Under the pieces are notes generated by a model. It was not told the origin of the DNA and did not search any database. It saw only the letters and a list, made by a program, of their open reading frames with translations. From assembly GCF_009914755.1 (NCBI RefSeq), contig NC_060925.1: a stretch of 64,000 nt of DNA. One strand, given 5' to 3'. Position numbers and translations under genes: made by a program. This document shows, piece after piece, positions 44,280-64,000 of the stretch (position 1 is its first letter; every line of letters starts with the position of its first letter). This DNA is from the human T2T-CHM13v2.0 reference genome, Homo sapiens.

Positions 44280-45780
44280 CTCGTATCTTATCAAGGTCAC
44301 AAGTTGACCTCCATGTTGCTAAATCCAATGGTCAGTTTCAAGAACTGTCTGCTGGGCTCATCAACGTAATTTGACACAGCGGGCCCCCTCCAGATCTTTA
44401 GAACTCCTGTTTTTACTCCTTTGGATCTTTAGATGCCACTCCTTGGTTCTCACCTACTTCCTTGGCCGTTCCTTTTCAGTCTCCTCTGCTGGTTCCTCCT
44501 CCAGCCCCCACCCTCTTTGTGTTAGAGGACCCCATGGCCTGGTCCTTGGACCCCGTCTCTACCTACACTCCCTTTCCGGGTGATTTCATCCAGCCTCCTA
44601 GTTTTGAATAACATTTGTACTCTGATGCTTCCCGAGTTACTATCTGCAGCCACCACTTCTCTCACCTCCAGACTCTCATAGCCAACTGCCAATTCCAAGT
44701 CCTATAGATGTGTGGTAGGAATCTCCAAAGTTGTGTTTCCAAAACAAAAGTCTTGATTGCATCCTGCCTACCCAGACTGCTCCTCTGAAGTCTTCCCCAT
44801 CTCCATAGGTACCAACTCCAACCTTCTAGTGCCTGGCCAAAAACCTTGCAGGCCATTCTTGGCTCCTGACTTAGCCTACATCCAATCCATCAGCAAAGCC
44901 TGCTGCCTCCATCTGTAAAATACACTCAGGATCCAAACACTTCTCTGTTTTTTTCTCATCACATTCATCGCTTCTACTCTTGTCCAAGCTACTATTGTTC
45001 TCTTTCTTGACACAGGGTCTCACTCTGTTGCCCAGGCTGGAGTGCAGTAGTGCAATCTCAGCTCCGCCTCCAGAGCTCAAGCTATCTGCAACCTCCTCTT
45101 CCAGAGCTTAAGCGATCCTCCCATCTCAGCCTCCTGAGTAGTTAATTGCATGCCACCATGACCAGCTAATTTTTTTAGAGATAGGATTTCGCTATGTTTC
45201 CCAGGCTGGTCTCAAACTCCTGGACTTAAGTGATCTGCTCACCTCGGCCTCCCAAAGTGCTGGGATTACAGGTGTGAGCCATCACACCTGGCTCATGATC
45301 ATTCTTTTGCCTGGATGATTGTCCTGGCCTCCTAGCTGGTTTCCCAGGGCCCTTGCTTCCCAAAGTCCATCTTCCATGTGGCATCCAGGAGCCGTCTCAC
45401 TCTGTTCCCGCCTCCTTGCTGATCTCGGAACGCTCCAGGCCTGGTCCTACATCAGGACCTTTTCATTTGCGGTTCCCGACCAGGACTGCTTCTCCCCTAG
45501 ATGCCCACGTGACTTGTTCCCCCTTTCCTCCTGTTCCCTGATCAAATACCTGCCGATTGACAAGGCCTTTTCAGATCAGCCCCACCTGCTCACTTGCTTT
45601 CCTGCCTGTCCACATATTTACCATCAGAACAGAATTCTGCCCATCCGTTTATTGTCTGTCTCCCCCAGCAACCACTAGAATGGAAGCTGCATGTGGGCAT
45701 GGCTTAGTTTTGTCCACTGCTGGATCTCAGCATCCAAAACAGTCTACCACCTGGTAAGTGCTACAGAAACATTTACGAAC
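44280..45780 (+). mobile_element. L2 LINE fragments with AluJ (-) at ~45005-45293
   Basis: GACCTCCATGTTGCTAAATCCAATGGTCA, CATCCAATCCATCAGCAA and TAAGTGCT..A.AAACATTT are typical of L2. Confidence 0.75.
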
Positions 45781-45799
45781 AAGAAACCAGTACTGGCTA

Positions 45800-46076
45800 C
45801 CCCGCCTCTGCCTGTGCTCATCTTATCTTCCACCTGAAAGGTTCCCCCTCTCTAACTTCACCCTGCACCCTTCGACCAGTCAATGATCCCCACAGCTTGG
45901 CCCACTCCAAACCCCTTAAAATCCCTGAACCCAAACTCCTCAGGAGGCAGATTTGAGGTTTCCCCCCATCTTCTCATGTGGCTGCCCTATGATTTAAACT
46001 CTTTCTCTGCTGCGGTTCCAGATGTCTCAGTATACTGGCTCGCGGCACATCGGGCAAATGAACCTATCAGATAACA
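45800..46076 (+). mobile_element. ERV1 LTR 3' part (MER50-like)
   Basis: TTAAACTCTTTCTCTGCTGC...CATCGGGCAA.TGAACCTAT...TAACA LTR end. Confidence 0.55.
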
Positions 46077-46540
46077 ACGGCAGATCAGATGCCTGAGCAT
46101 TCAGAAGCAACAGCTGTGGAGCCCCCGTGGGTTCAGAAGGCCTGGTTCCCGTCTCCAGAAGCCTGGCTCTCCTCCCTCCTGGGCCCACTACTTTGGCTTC
46201 TTGTTCCTACGTACAAGGAGTTGCGAAGAAGGCAACTCTTCCCCTCCCTGAAGCCAAAGGAATGAAACAGACTAGGGCGGGAGAGGTGGCCATCCGTCAT
46301 TAGTTGCGGCCATCAGTAACAGCAACAGGACACGGAACCTAAGGCTGTATCCATCCTGGGCCCCCAGGGAAACATCAGCGGGAGCGGTACTAAGGAAGTG
46401 CTCATCTCTTAGAGACAAAGGCCCATGGAGGGGAACAGCAACCATCCCCTCCCAATTCAGAAAATGTTAACATAAGCACTTCATTTCTCATGCAGATAAC
46501 CACATAAGTCTATTAATAAAAAAGAAAGAAAGAGAAAGAA
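46022..46540 (+). ncRNA. LNCTAM34A: antisense lncRNA terminal exon
   Basis: Acceptor CTCTTTCTCTGCTGCGGTTCCAG|ATG. AATAAA at 46515-46520 and a second at 46698-46703. Confidence 0.6.
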
Positions 46541-46815
46541 AAAAAAGAAAAAGGAATCCATGCCAGCAGGGTATAGGAATTGGTCTATAGGAGAAAGGGT
46601 CACCCACTGAAAGGTGGGCTGAATAGAATTCCTTGCCTGGGCTTTGAGGTCCTGGCATGGAGAAGGCTGTAGAAATGCTGGCATCAGTGGAACCCTCAAT
46701 AAACAGAGTTCTTGTTAAAGAATCACAGTCATTGGTGGAATGGACTGCCCATCTAAGGTCAATCTACACTAAAGGATGGCAGAGATCAAGAGAAAGAGAA
46801 AGAAAAAGCACCCAT

Positions 46816-50196
<3,381 letters not shown>

Positions 50197-53139
50197 TTAT
50201 TATTTGGGAGATATAATTTTACATCATCAGAGGGTCAAAAAAAACCCTCTATTTTGCCTATTGGCCCCATTTGAGATGACCCTGGTGAAATTTCTCAGCT
50301 AACTTTCTCCACCTCTGTCAAGTTGACCGAGACACCACCTAAATCTCCATGAAGGACCTGGCAGCTTTCCGGCTCTGCAGCATTTTCCCGACAAGTTTGC
50401 TGCGCACACGCGGATGCTGACAGCACAGTCTCATGCTTGCCTAAGCCAGAGCACCACCCTCTAGTGTGACACCGTGTGATCTCTATTTTACCATGCAGAA
50501 GAGAGGTCATCTCCTGGTACAAGAAAATGGGCTGTCTTCTGGATAACCGCAGCAATTCATCTCTGAGTAGCTGAAGGTCATTAGTATGCATTATACAAGT
50601 GGAACCATTTGAGAGAAAAGAGGGAACTCACTGGACACAAAAGTGCACTGAGACTGTGAACAGCAAGTCCCGAACAAGGACACAGAGATAGATCCCAAAG
50701 GGAAAGGCTGGAGGGGGAAGGATGCGACCCAGCCGCAGTGGCTGATCCATGAGGACTCCTGTCTGGGTTCGTGCTGCCAATCAGTAGCATTCCCCAGGCA
50801 AGACGTGGGCGCCAGGCCTGACTTGAAACCCAAGGTTGGCTTCAAGATCTTGCAGCTGGATCAGAATGCTGAGTTCATCGTTGCTGGTGGGCCGCCGTCA
50901 CCTCTCCTTAGCCACCCTGTTGAAGGATGGCCGGCCCCTCCTGGGAAAATTGCTACATTTCCTCAGATAACAGATGCACACATGACTAATCAGGCCTACC
51001 CTAAGAAATGAGAGCCAGCAGCAGAAGCCACAGCGCACACTCTGTATTGTGAAAATGGAATGTGGGATGACCTAGGAGATGACACAAATGCCGAACGGCG
51101 AACTTTCTGTTTCTATGAGTCTAATAATGAAAAACTTTTCTGCCTGAACCCGTGGGATCGAATAAAATGAAAAACCCCATTCTGCAAACCACTGCGCCCC
51201 ATGGGAAGCAGCTCGGTTTCCTTCCCGTGTCGTCGGGAGCCCTCTGATGGAGGAAGCCTAAATTACAGCGCTCATAACCTAACAGGCAGCCGCCGGGCTC
51301 AAGTGCCCCCTGATTTTCCAGAATCGAAAAGAAGAGGAACCATAAAAGAAGCCGAATGTTTTCTCCCCCTGGCACTTTGCCCAGTGACAGTTGTCAATCA
51401 GAGGTGCTGCAGACCGACTCGAAGGCAGCGTTCAGTGCCCAGGCACACTGCCTGCTGCCGTTGGTTCCTCCCATGGTTCTCAGGGCGCCAGGTCTCTGTC
51501 AACTCCCAGCCCCCAGTTTCCTTACCTTGTCCTACTGCATCTGAGTCAGGATGCCTGATGGGTTGAGCGCTGATGATCTCATCCGTGTCCCACATGTCCC
51601 AGGGAATCCCAGGTCTGCCCTGAGCTTCCTGTGTCCTTGGGAAAGTCGGTTAATCTCTGGGCCTCACTGTCCTCATCGCTGAGCTTGGGGACTTGTAACA
51701 GATGATTTCTAAGTATCTTCCAGCTTTGAATAGAGCATTTGTCTTGGGTGGCCAGGCTTAAAGTTTAAAGGCATAAAAGGAAAATGGGATCTGATCTTTA
51801 ATCAGAACTGCTGAGAATGAGAAGCGCAGAGCAAACTACCGACTGCATTGGGTGAAAAGTGAAAATGGTCGGTGGGGAGGTGCCACGGTCAGGATCTGAG
51901 GCGCTAGGATCTTGCCAGTGCCTTGGCGCCTTTCTCTGCAGTCCCCGGCCTGCCTCCCTTCTGCTCCCTCTCTTCCGGAGTCTGGTGCTGCCAATTTGCC
52001 AGGTGAGCCCCGCCAGCGTCCCATTGCCGGTTCTCGTGGCCCTCACCTTTTCCTTATACCTTCATCCCTGCAGGAGTCGCAGGACCTCAGCTGGCCAGTT
52101 GGCTCTGCCTGGAAGGTGCAGGTCTTGTCCTTGTCAGGGAGACTGGCAGCCGCAATGCTGTGCCTGTCCCAGGCTGAGCAAGAGGCTCCTGGTGTCGATT
52201 CTGGAGCAGCCACAGGCCTCAGCAGGCCCCCAAAAGTGATGACATCAGCACAGTACTGCACCAGCTCTGAGGGCCCCACTGCCCCTGCCATCTCCTCCTC
52301 CTCTCCCTCTCCAGTCTCCCTCTCCTCCCAGCACAGTGCAGCCTCCAAGGGCAGCCTCCACGGTGGAGATGCTCAAGCTAAAGCATGGGGACAGGAAAAA
52401 GCAACCACCAGGGTGGAGGGTCTCCCAGGGGAAGCACAAGGTCTGGGACAATGAGAGGCATCAGTCACCGAACCATCTCACAACTCGAACAACCCCAGAA
52501 GAGCGGGCTGGAGAGTGCAATGTGACATCACTTCCCATCTTGCTGGGAGACAGGGCTTTTGCCAAGAACGGGCCCCTGGGGATTCATCGGGCGACATTTT
52601 CATGCCACTGGCATAAATAAAGACTTGTACCAAAGGCTGCCATTCTGGGCAGAAGGTGCTGTCTAGACCCCCTTAGGGCTGCCCTCTCTGGCCCCAGGCC
52701 CCTGGCTCCTACCACCTAAGCCCATCACATCACCCAGGAGGGTCGGCAGCTGCTGGCCCCCACCCACATTCGCTGGCTTGGTTTTACTCTGCAGGGGAAG
52801 CTGGACTTCCTCCACATCCAAGTTCAACTACATGACATCAGGAACACAGCCTTTCTCCCGACACCTTCGAGCCTCTATTTGTCTCCAGTAGCTGTCCCAG
52901 AAATCATGGGTGGGAGCATTCAAAAATGTGGTTCCAGAGGTCCCCTTGCCCTAGCCCAAAAGGCTGCCTGAGCTGGGGATCCCTTCCTTACCCCCCAATC
53001 CGAAAGGCAGCCTGGCCTTCCAAACTGGAGTCCGTGGTTCAGAGTAGGAGATCCACAGTCAGGGCCCGGGACACGGCTTCCCCTGGCTGGTCTCAAAGTC
53101 TTCCTAACCCTCCAGGGGTCCGTCCTGGTCTTCCACGGA

Positions 53140-53800
53140 GTTTCCCAAAAGCGCGCGCCACACTTGGTGGGCGCTCAGCCCCGAAGCGCCTGTGAACACC
53201 GCCCATCCCAGGACGCACGAAGCCAGTTGGTACGAGCACCTAGAAGCAGCACTCCCCATTTGTCATCCTTCCCACGGGGAAGGCTGCCTGCTGCTCCGAG
53301 CCCTCAACTCCAATGAAGTACAGTCGTCAAGAAACGGTGGTCTAAATAAAGCCGGAGACTCACTCACTGCACCAATCAGCACCGTGCGTCCGTCTGGATC
53401 TCGGCGCCGGCTGCGCGCAGCCGCCAGGAGGTGGCCGTCGGGACGCGAGCGCCGCCCGGAGCAGTGGTGCAGGGTCTCCGCATCGCCGGCTGCTGCTGCA
53501 GCCCCGCAGCGCTCAGCACTGCTGACTTGGCCCGGGCGGCGGGCGGGCGGGCAGGCGGGCAGGCGGGCAGGCGGGCGGGGAGGGCGGGGGAGGGCCTGCT
53601 GCAGCTTGGGTTCTAACTGCCCCTGCGCAAGGAGACCGGGAGAAGCTGGCTGCAAGGGCTGGGCTGGCCAAGGCTGGGGCAGTTGCAAAGGGTGGGAGCG
53701 CAGCAAGCGGAGAAATACCCCTGAGTCAGCACTGGTGCATTGGGAGGTGTCCCGGAGAGCCTGGCCCACGACATGGACAGGGTGTCCGAAACGTACGCCC
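53140..53800. promoter_or_regulatory. second CpG island; candidate upstream promoter/first exon (minus strand)
   Basis: CpG-rich, with a GGGCGG/GGGCAGGC array at 53533-53590, minus-strand donors GTGAGT at 53367 and 53363, and AP-1/MARE TGAGTCAGCA at 53722-53731. Confidence 0.75.
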
Positions 53801-56375
53801 CTCTGTGTCACCCTCTAGTCATGCACCCCCATCTAATTCTGAAACCAACTCTAGCCTCATTTTTTCCCCTCCACGATGATGGGCTGTAATGCACCCTGCT
53901 CTGAGGCCTGGGGGGAATGGAAAGACAGAATTCTCTTTCAAGCCCAACCCAGGCCCGGGGAACCCCCTAGATGTTACTGTGGGGTCACAGACAAGGCCGT
54001 GGGGATTTGACACGTGGGCAGGGACAAGGGCAACCCCAAAGCTAGTGGATCTGACATGGGGGTGACTGGGTGGTGTGGTGGGCATCATTTCATTCACTGC
54101 AGTGGATTTGCTGCCTGGGAAATGCAACCCCCACCGTCCGAGGTCCGCTCTTGTCTTACTAGCTACTTAGCAGCCAGCTTCCCTGTTCTGCTCCCTGAGA
54201 GATGAAGGTGTCCCAGGCTAAGATCCCTCCATCACCTGCCCATCCCTGAGGGTCTCATGTCACCTCAGCGGCTGGCACCTCCTCTTCCCAAACACCCTGT
54301 GGTGGCTTTGGCCCAGACAGTGCCTGCCTGAGGGAAGGAGGCCTCCGGCCATATGAAGACCGTAGAGGCCAGGGCGGCCATCCCTTGTTCATTTCATCCT
54401 GTGTAGTTCCTTTCACAAGCCCCACTGGAGTCATCTGCTCTTCCCCGGGACCCATTTGTGAAGTTCCTGTCTCCCTTGACCTCCCCGTAGGGAACCAGAG
54501 ACTAGTGGGCAGGGACAGAGTGCTGGGGGCCAACAGTGGCATTTGCTCTGCAGCCCTCAACCAGCAGGCCTCTCCCTTGGCTAATTCCAGGCAGGAAGGA
54601 CACTCGTTTGTCATCCAGGCTGGGAAGGGAGACACCAGAAGAGAAAAGTGTGTCTGGGCAGGCCAGGTCTGTTCTCTCCCTCTCCCGGGTGGAGAGGTCA
54701 CAGATACCTCCATCCCATGGATGAAGGCAAACTAAAAAGTCCAGAGACAAACAGCTGGTCCTCGCAGCTTCCAGGGTTGGGAGTCAGAGGCTGGGATGGG
54801 TTACGGTTCAGCCTGCTGCACAGGTGAGTCTCCATCCTTAGCATCCTGCCATGCTGACTTCAAAAGACCCTAGTGCGTGGGACCCCAATGACTCGTTTCG
54901 GTGTGCTGGGCTCAAAATCGTTCGTGGCCAAGCACGTTAGTCTGGAAAATTTAAGTTGCTGCAGATTGATGGACAGAAGGAGAGATGGTTTTCAATGTAC
55001 AGGGAATGTATTTTAAAATGGAGCAAGAGACAGGGCTGCAAGGAGGGAACGGGCACTTCGAAAGCAGCCAGTAGAAAGTCGCTCCTAATTCTGGGGGAGG
55101 GAATTGTGTTCAGCCTGCAGAGTGCTTTTCTAGTCCAGGCGATGATTTGGTCTAAGACTTCATTAAACATTTGTCTATGAGCCCAAATTTCCCCAAATGA
55201 CTGAGGTGTTTGGTATGAGCACATTGCATGCCCCAGGGAGCTTCAACGCCAGCAGCTTCCTGCCACGGTACAGGCAGGTTCTCTAAGCACGAGCTTTCAA
55301 TTCAGGCTCCTGTCTATAGCGAGAACCAGAACACAATGCAGGGACCCACAGGGGTCATGTGGCTCCACCAGCCTCAGCCGTTCCCAAAAGCCCAGCTGCT
55401 GTTTCAGGGGCTTGCCTGGATAACTTATATCTGAGAGGTTTGCTGCACATCCTTTGAGTGATTTATGGTGCGATCTAAAATTTCTTTGTAAAAAGATACC
55501 CTTTTGCTTTGCGAGGGATCACAAGGAGCTCAGCCCTCCAGTGCCCAGGACCACCTGGGCAGATGCCACTGTTGGCACTGTATAATGTCGCCCCCCATGC
55601 AGACCTGATCTGAGCTCTGCGTGTCAGGGAATGCCACTTCAGCAGTGCCAGCCTGGGAGCTCCTCCAGCCGGCACCTACTGAGGCAGCAAATGACTTTGG
55701 GGAGGCCCTTTGGCTGGGTGCATAGGAGTCTGGGTCCCAGAGACCATAGCTCACATGTCTCAGGCTGCTTATGTACTTCCCCAGAAAGAGCCACTGTCCC
55801 AAGTGTGCTTCCTGCTGCTTTTGTGCAGTCCCATCTAGACGAGCCCCTTATGGAGACCCCTCCTCTTCTGCCTGGCACCCAATGCTCCCATCATTCAACA
55901 CCTGCTACCAACACAGAAGCAGTCCATCCCCTTCTTAAATGCTACAGCCTCTGCCCTGGCGGCCACTAATCATTCTATTCGAGTTTCCCTCCAGAGCTCA
56001 TCTCAGTAAATCCGGAAGAAGAAAACCTCCATCCCCAGTGAACAAGACCATGAAGGCTGCGTCAGTGTTCCCAGGTTTCAAGCCAAGCTGGAGAAAGATC
56101 ACAACAGAGACCAGACCCGCATTCTCCGGCCCAATTCCACATGGCTGAGAGAGCCAGCTAACCAGACGCAAACACACGCGGCAGGATGGCACGCGACTGA
56201 GGCAAGGAATAAGCCTCAACTCATCAGTAAGTCCACGGGGTCTCCGCCCCCAGCATGTGGGAGAGGGAAACTAGCCCAAAGTCAGCGTCCTGATTGTGCT
56301 TTGGATTTGCCCAGGGCTGAGCACTCCCTGGTCCGAGGTACCCAACAAGCTGACCTGAGAATGGGCAGCATCCCC

Positions 56376-56508
56376 TTCCCTCCCTCCTTCCCTCCTTCCC
56401 TCCTCCTCTCCTTCCTCCTCCTCCCCCTCCTCCTCCTCCTCCTCCTCCTCCTCCAGCTGACTCCTTCTGCTGCTGCCTCTGCCGCTGCTGCCTCTGCCGC
56501 TGCTGCGG
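56376..56508. repeat. (CCT)n tract followed by GCTGCTGCCTCTGCC repeats
   Basis: Direct reading. Confidence 0.9.
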
Positions 56509-58171
56509 TCTGCAGTCACTTGAAGGAGAAAGATTTCGCAGTACGGCATTCTTAAAGCTGCAGTGTCCAAATTCTCCTTCAAACCCCACTGTCACCGACA
56601 TCAGCCAACTTACCGGGGTCCTTCGCAGAGGGTAGGTGGGCAAGGAGATGGGGATGGGGGGCTTGGAGAAGTCAGACAGGTGGGAACCAGACGCTCAGAC
56701 TCTGGCAAGGGTAAAGAGGAGAAGCAGGCTGTACCGTGAGAGCCTCTGCAGTTAAACCAGGTTTCTGGGACTGCAGCGGGACTGCAATGGAGTAGTTTTT
56801 TTTTTTTAATCGTAAAACCTCCACCAAAATCTTCTCCACAAACTTATACTCTTTGTAGCTTAATTAAAATACAAGGTGCAAACATAAAACCAACATGAGA
56901 AAGAAACCCAATCTTTAAAAAAAAAAAAGAATTCAAACAGCAATTTAAAAAATTATTCCTAAAAATTTACTCCTGTGAGCAACTGACTCAGCTCTCCCCA
57001 CAGTGCTGTGCCGGTAAGCCAACGGGGAAGGACCTGGATGGAGTTCTTAGCGCCCAGAGTTTCTGCAAAGTGCAGGCAGAGGACTCCGGCTTCTTAGGGG
57101 AGAAAGCTTTTTAAAACCCAAAGGAAAGGGGATCTTTCTGCTGGCTATCCAAGGAGCGTGTCAATGAGCTGATCTAGCATCCAGAAACCAACACACCCCT
57201 CCCTGAAAGTTACCTCTCTCCTCTGCTCAGCCGCTGCCGTCCTGCCTGGATGCTGGCAAGTTCAGACTGCTTCGGGAGAGGCAGGACCCGAAATAAGAAG
57301 TGTCAGCTGGGTCCCTGCACCCAAATGGTGCCGGGAGTCAATGCTGCAGGCGGCAGGGATGGTCTCCCCCACCATGCACCCGCCCCCCGCCGGTTGAATT
57401 TAAACCCCTGACACTGCAAGATGCTCACTCCTATAGAGACACCTCTCCGCGGAGCCTCCTCCCTCCCCCACGCTCTCACACAACTAGGTCCAAAGCTTTG
57501 CCCCACCTCCCAGATTTGTTCACCTGAAGATGCTTTTCTTGAAAAAACAAAACAAAACAAAAACAAAAACAGAAGATTGAGACTCTGCAGAGTCTTTAAT
57601 CCTTAATTCTGGAGAAGGTGGGACTTGTTCAGAAGTTTGAGAATTGCAGCCTGATGCCCAGGAAGGAGCAGAGGTGATGAGCCGACAGTCTGCTTTGCAC
57701 CAGACAAGTTGACACCGTTGCTTTATCAAGAAGGGCAGAGGTAGACCCGGGGTGAAGAGAAGAGGAAAATTCCTCTCCATCCACTGGCAAATTCTCAACC
57801 GTTTGGAAAATCTCTATTTTTGTTTTCCTTCAAGAAAACCCCATTTAAAAAATTGTCAGGCACATGAAATGTTCAAGATTGCCACTAAGTGTCAATTTTG
57901 TCCTGACACGTCTGTGATTCTTAAAATTCCCGTTCCTGCTTCTGTGAAAGTTAATAGTCTTTAAGATTGAGGTAGGGATTTAATTGAGAAAATTCCAGGA
58001 GAGAGAAGCACTTTAAATGCAGATATGGTTAAGATAGCGCATTCTAATATAACCCACAAGGGGTTAGGCAGAATAGATATACTGAGAGGTAGAAGGTGGT
58101 CAGGAATGTAGGTATTTCCAGGTTTTGAGTTTATCACAAACTCAGAGCCCAAGAAAGGAAAATAAAGGAGG

Positions 58172-58173
<2 letters not shown>

Positions 58174-58211
<38 letters not shown>
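58174..58211. repeat. (GT)n microsatellite
   Basis: ~19 GT units. Confidence 0.95.
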
Positions 58212-58214
<3 letters not shown>

Positions 58215-59044
58215 AGCGGGGAGACTAAAACTCCCCTTCTAAATAAACTGTTCAGAAAGACCAATTGCATCAATTCCATGTACATTTCATTACTGAAGTA
58301 AGACCAGGAGTGTGTGACTTGTTTCTAAACGGAGTGAGAGGGGAGGCTCTGCTGCCCGCATCCTGCTTGGGACACAGCCACACTGCTGCAGTGCACCACA
58401 ACCAACGTGGGCACAGTGTTTTGCGGCTGCCCTCACCCGCCCTCCCTCGAGGGCTTTGGCACACAGGTGAGGCTGTGCAGCCTGCGCTGTGCTGGCGGAC
58501 AGAGACGAGGGCCAGCCTCGATCAGGCTGTCTTCCTTCTCCTCCTCCTGGCTGCACCCAGGCTGAGGTGGGGGAAGACCACAGACTCATGGGGTGTCATA
58601 GTGGGGAAGGCACCCCACAGAGCATGTAACCCAGTCCTTCCATTTCATGAATGGAAGAATGGAAAGGTGAGAAACGGCTGGGCCTTAGTCACCCAAGGTC
58701 ACCTAGCCTGTGGGATGCAGCGCCTGGATTAGAATTTGGGTCTTCAGATTCTTTGTCCTATGATTTTCTCACTGTACCTGTCATTGCACCCTCTTGGGCA
58801 AGTGGTCGGCCTCTACCGCTTCCTCACGTGACCTTGACAATCACTTCTCTGCTCTGTGACTCAGTTTCCTCTCCATAGATGATGTGATAGATGATATGCA
58901 GACCAAAGCCAAAGAATTTCAACTCTGAAACCGGGAAAAATACCAAGTTGTCTTCTTGCAGCCAGAGGCAGAGAACAGGCACAGGGTTGAAGTCCAAAGC
59001 AAGCGTTTCTTTAGTCTCCTCCAATTTTGAAACCCAGAATGTCA

Positions 59045-59470
59045 TCTGCATTCATTTCCCTGGCTGCCGTAACAACTGACCACAAGCTTGGTGGCTTAAA
59101 ACAACAGAAATGTATTCTCTTACAGTTCTGGAGGCCAAAAGTCCAAACTCAAGGTATGCGCAGGGTTGGTTCCTTCTGGAGGATCAGAGGGAGAATCTGT
59201 CCCAGGCCTCTCTCCAGCTTCTGGGAGTGGCCAGCAATCGTTGGTGTTCCTTGGCTTGTACACACATCACTCCAGTCCCTGTGTTTGTCTTCCCCTCTGT
59301 GTGTCTTCTTCCCATAAAGACACTTGTCACTGGATTTAGGGCCCATCTTACTGCAGGATGATCTCATCTCCAGATCCTTAATTACATCTACAAAGACCCT
59401 TTTTCCAAATAAAGTCACATTCACAACTTCTAGCGGGACATTTCTTTCTGGGGCCATCTTTCAATCCACG
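59045..59470 (-). mobile_element. MLT1B/C-like LTR
   Basis: GGTGGCTTAAAACAACAGAAAT.TATTCTCT.ACAGTTCTGGAGGCC...TTTCCAAATAA.GTCACATTC. Confidence 0.85.
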
Positions 59471-59526
59471 ACATCAACCAGTAAAAATTTTCATATGAGA
59501 ACTGTCTCATGTGAAAACAGCAGTGA

Positions 59527-64000
<4,474 letters not shown>

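Noticed and set aside
56224-56643. Poly-Q/G/E ORFs
   Set aside because: They arise from simple repeats in all frames; there is no coding evidence.

Overview
Human (primate) Alu-rich genomic DNA from the MIR34A locus (1p36.22). No conventional protein-coding gene is supported. The pre-miR-34a hairpin lies on the minus strand at 5973-6082, inside the last exon (~2318-6140) of its host lncRNA MIR34AHG. The host's main first exon lies ~30.5 kb upstream in a CpG island (~36.6-38.5 kb) that carries a perfect p53 response element (36772-36791). The same island drives the overlapping plus-strand lncRNA LNCTAM34A/GUARDIN (predicted exons ~36760-36944, 38261-38435, 46022-~46540). An ~9-kb Alu-free block (50.2-59.0 kb) holds a second CpG island and minus-strand splice signals consistent with upstream alternative promoters/exons of the host. 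The most unusual structures are a near-identical inverted copy of an ancient MLT1 LTR segment that encloses an inverted Alu pair (26001-27552), a 41-bp VNTR in the host intron, a spliced ORF that reads through miR-34a-5p and stops in the hairpin loop, and small local duplications. Repeat boundaries and subfamilies were judged by eye and are approximate.
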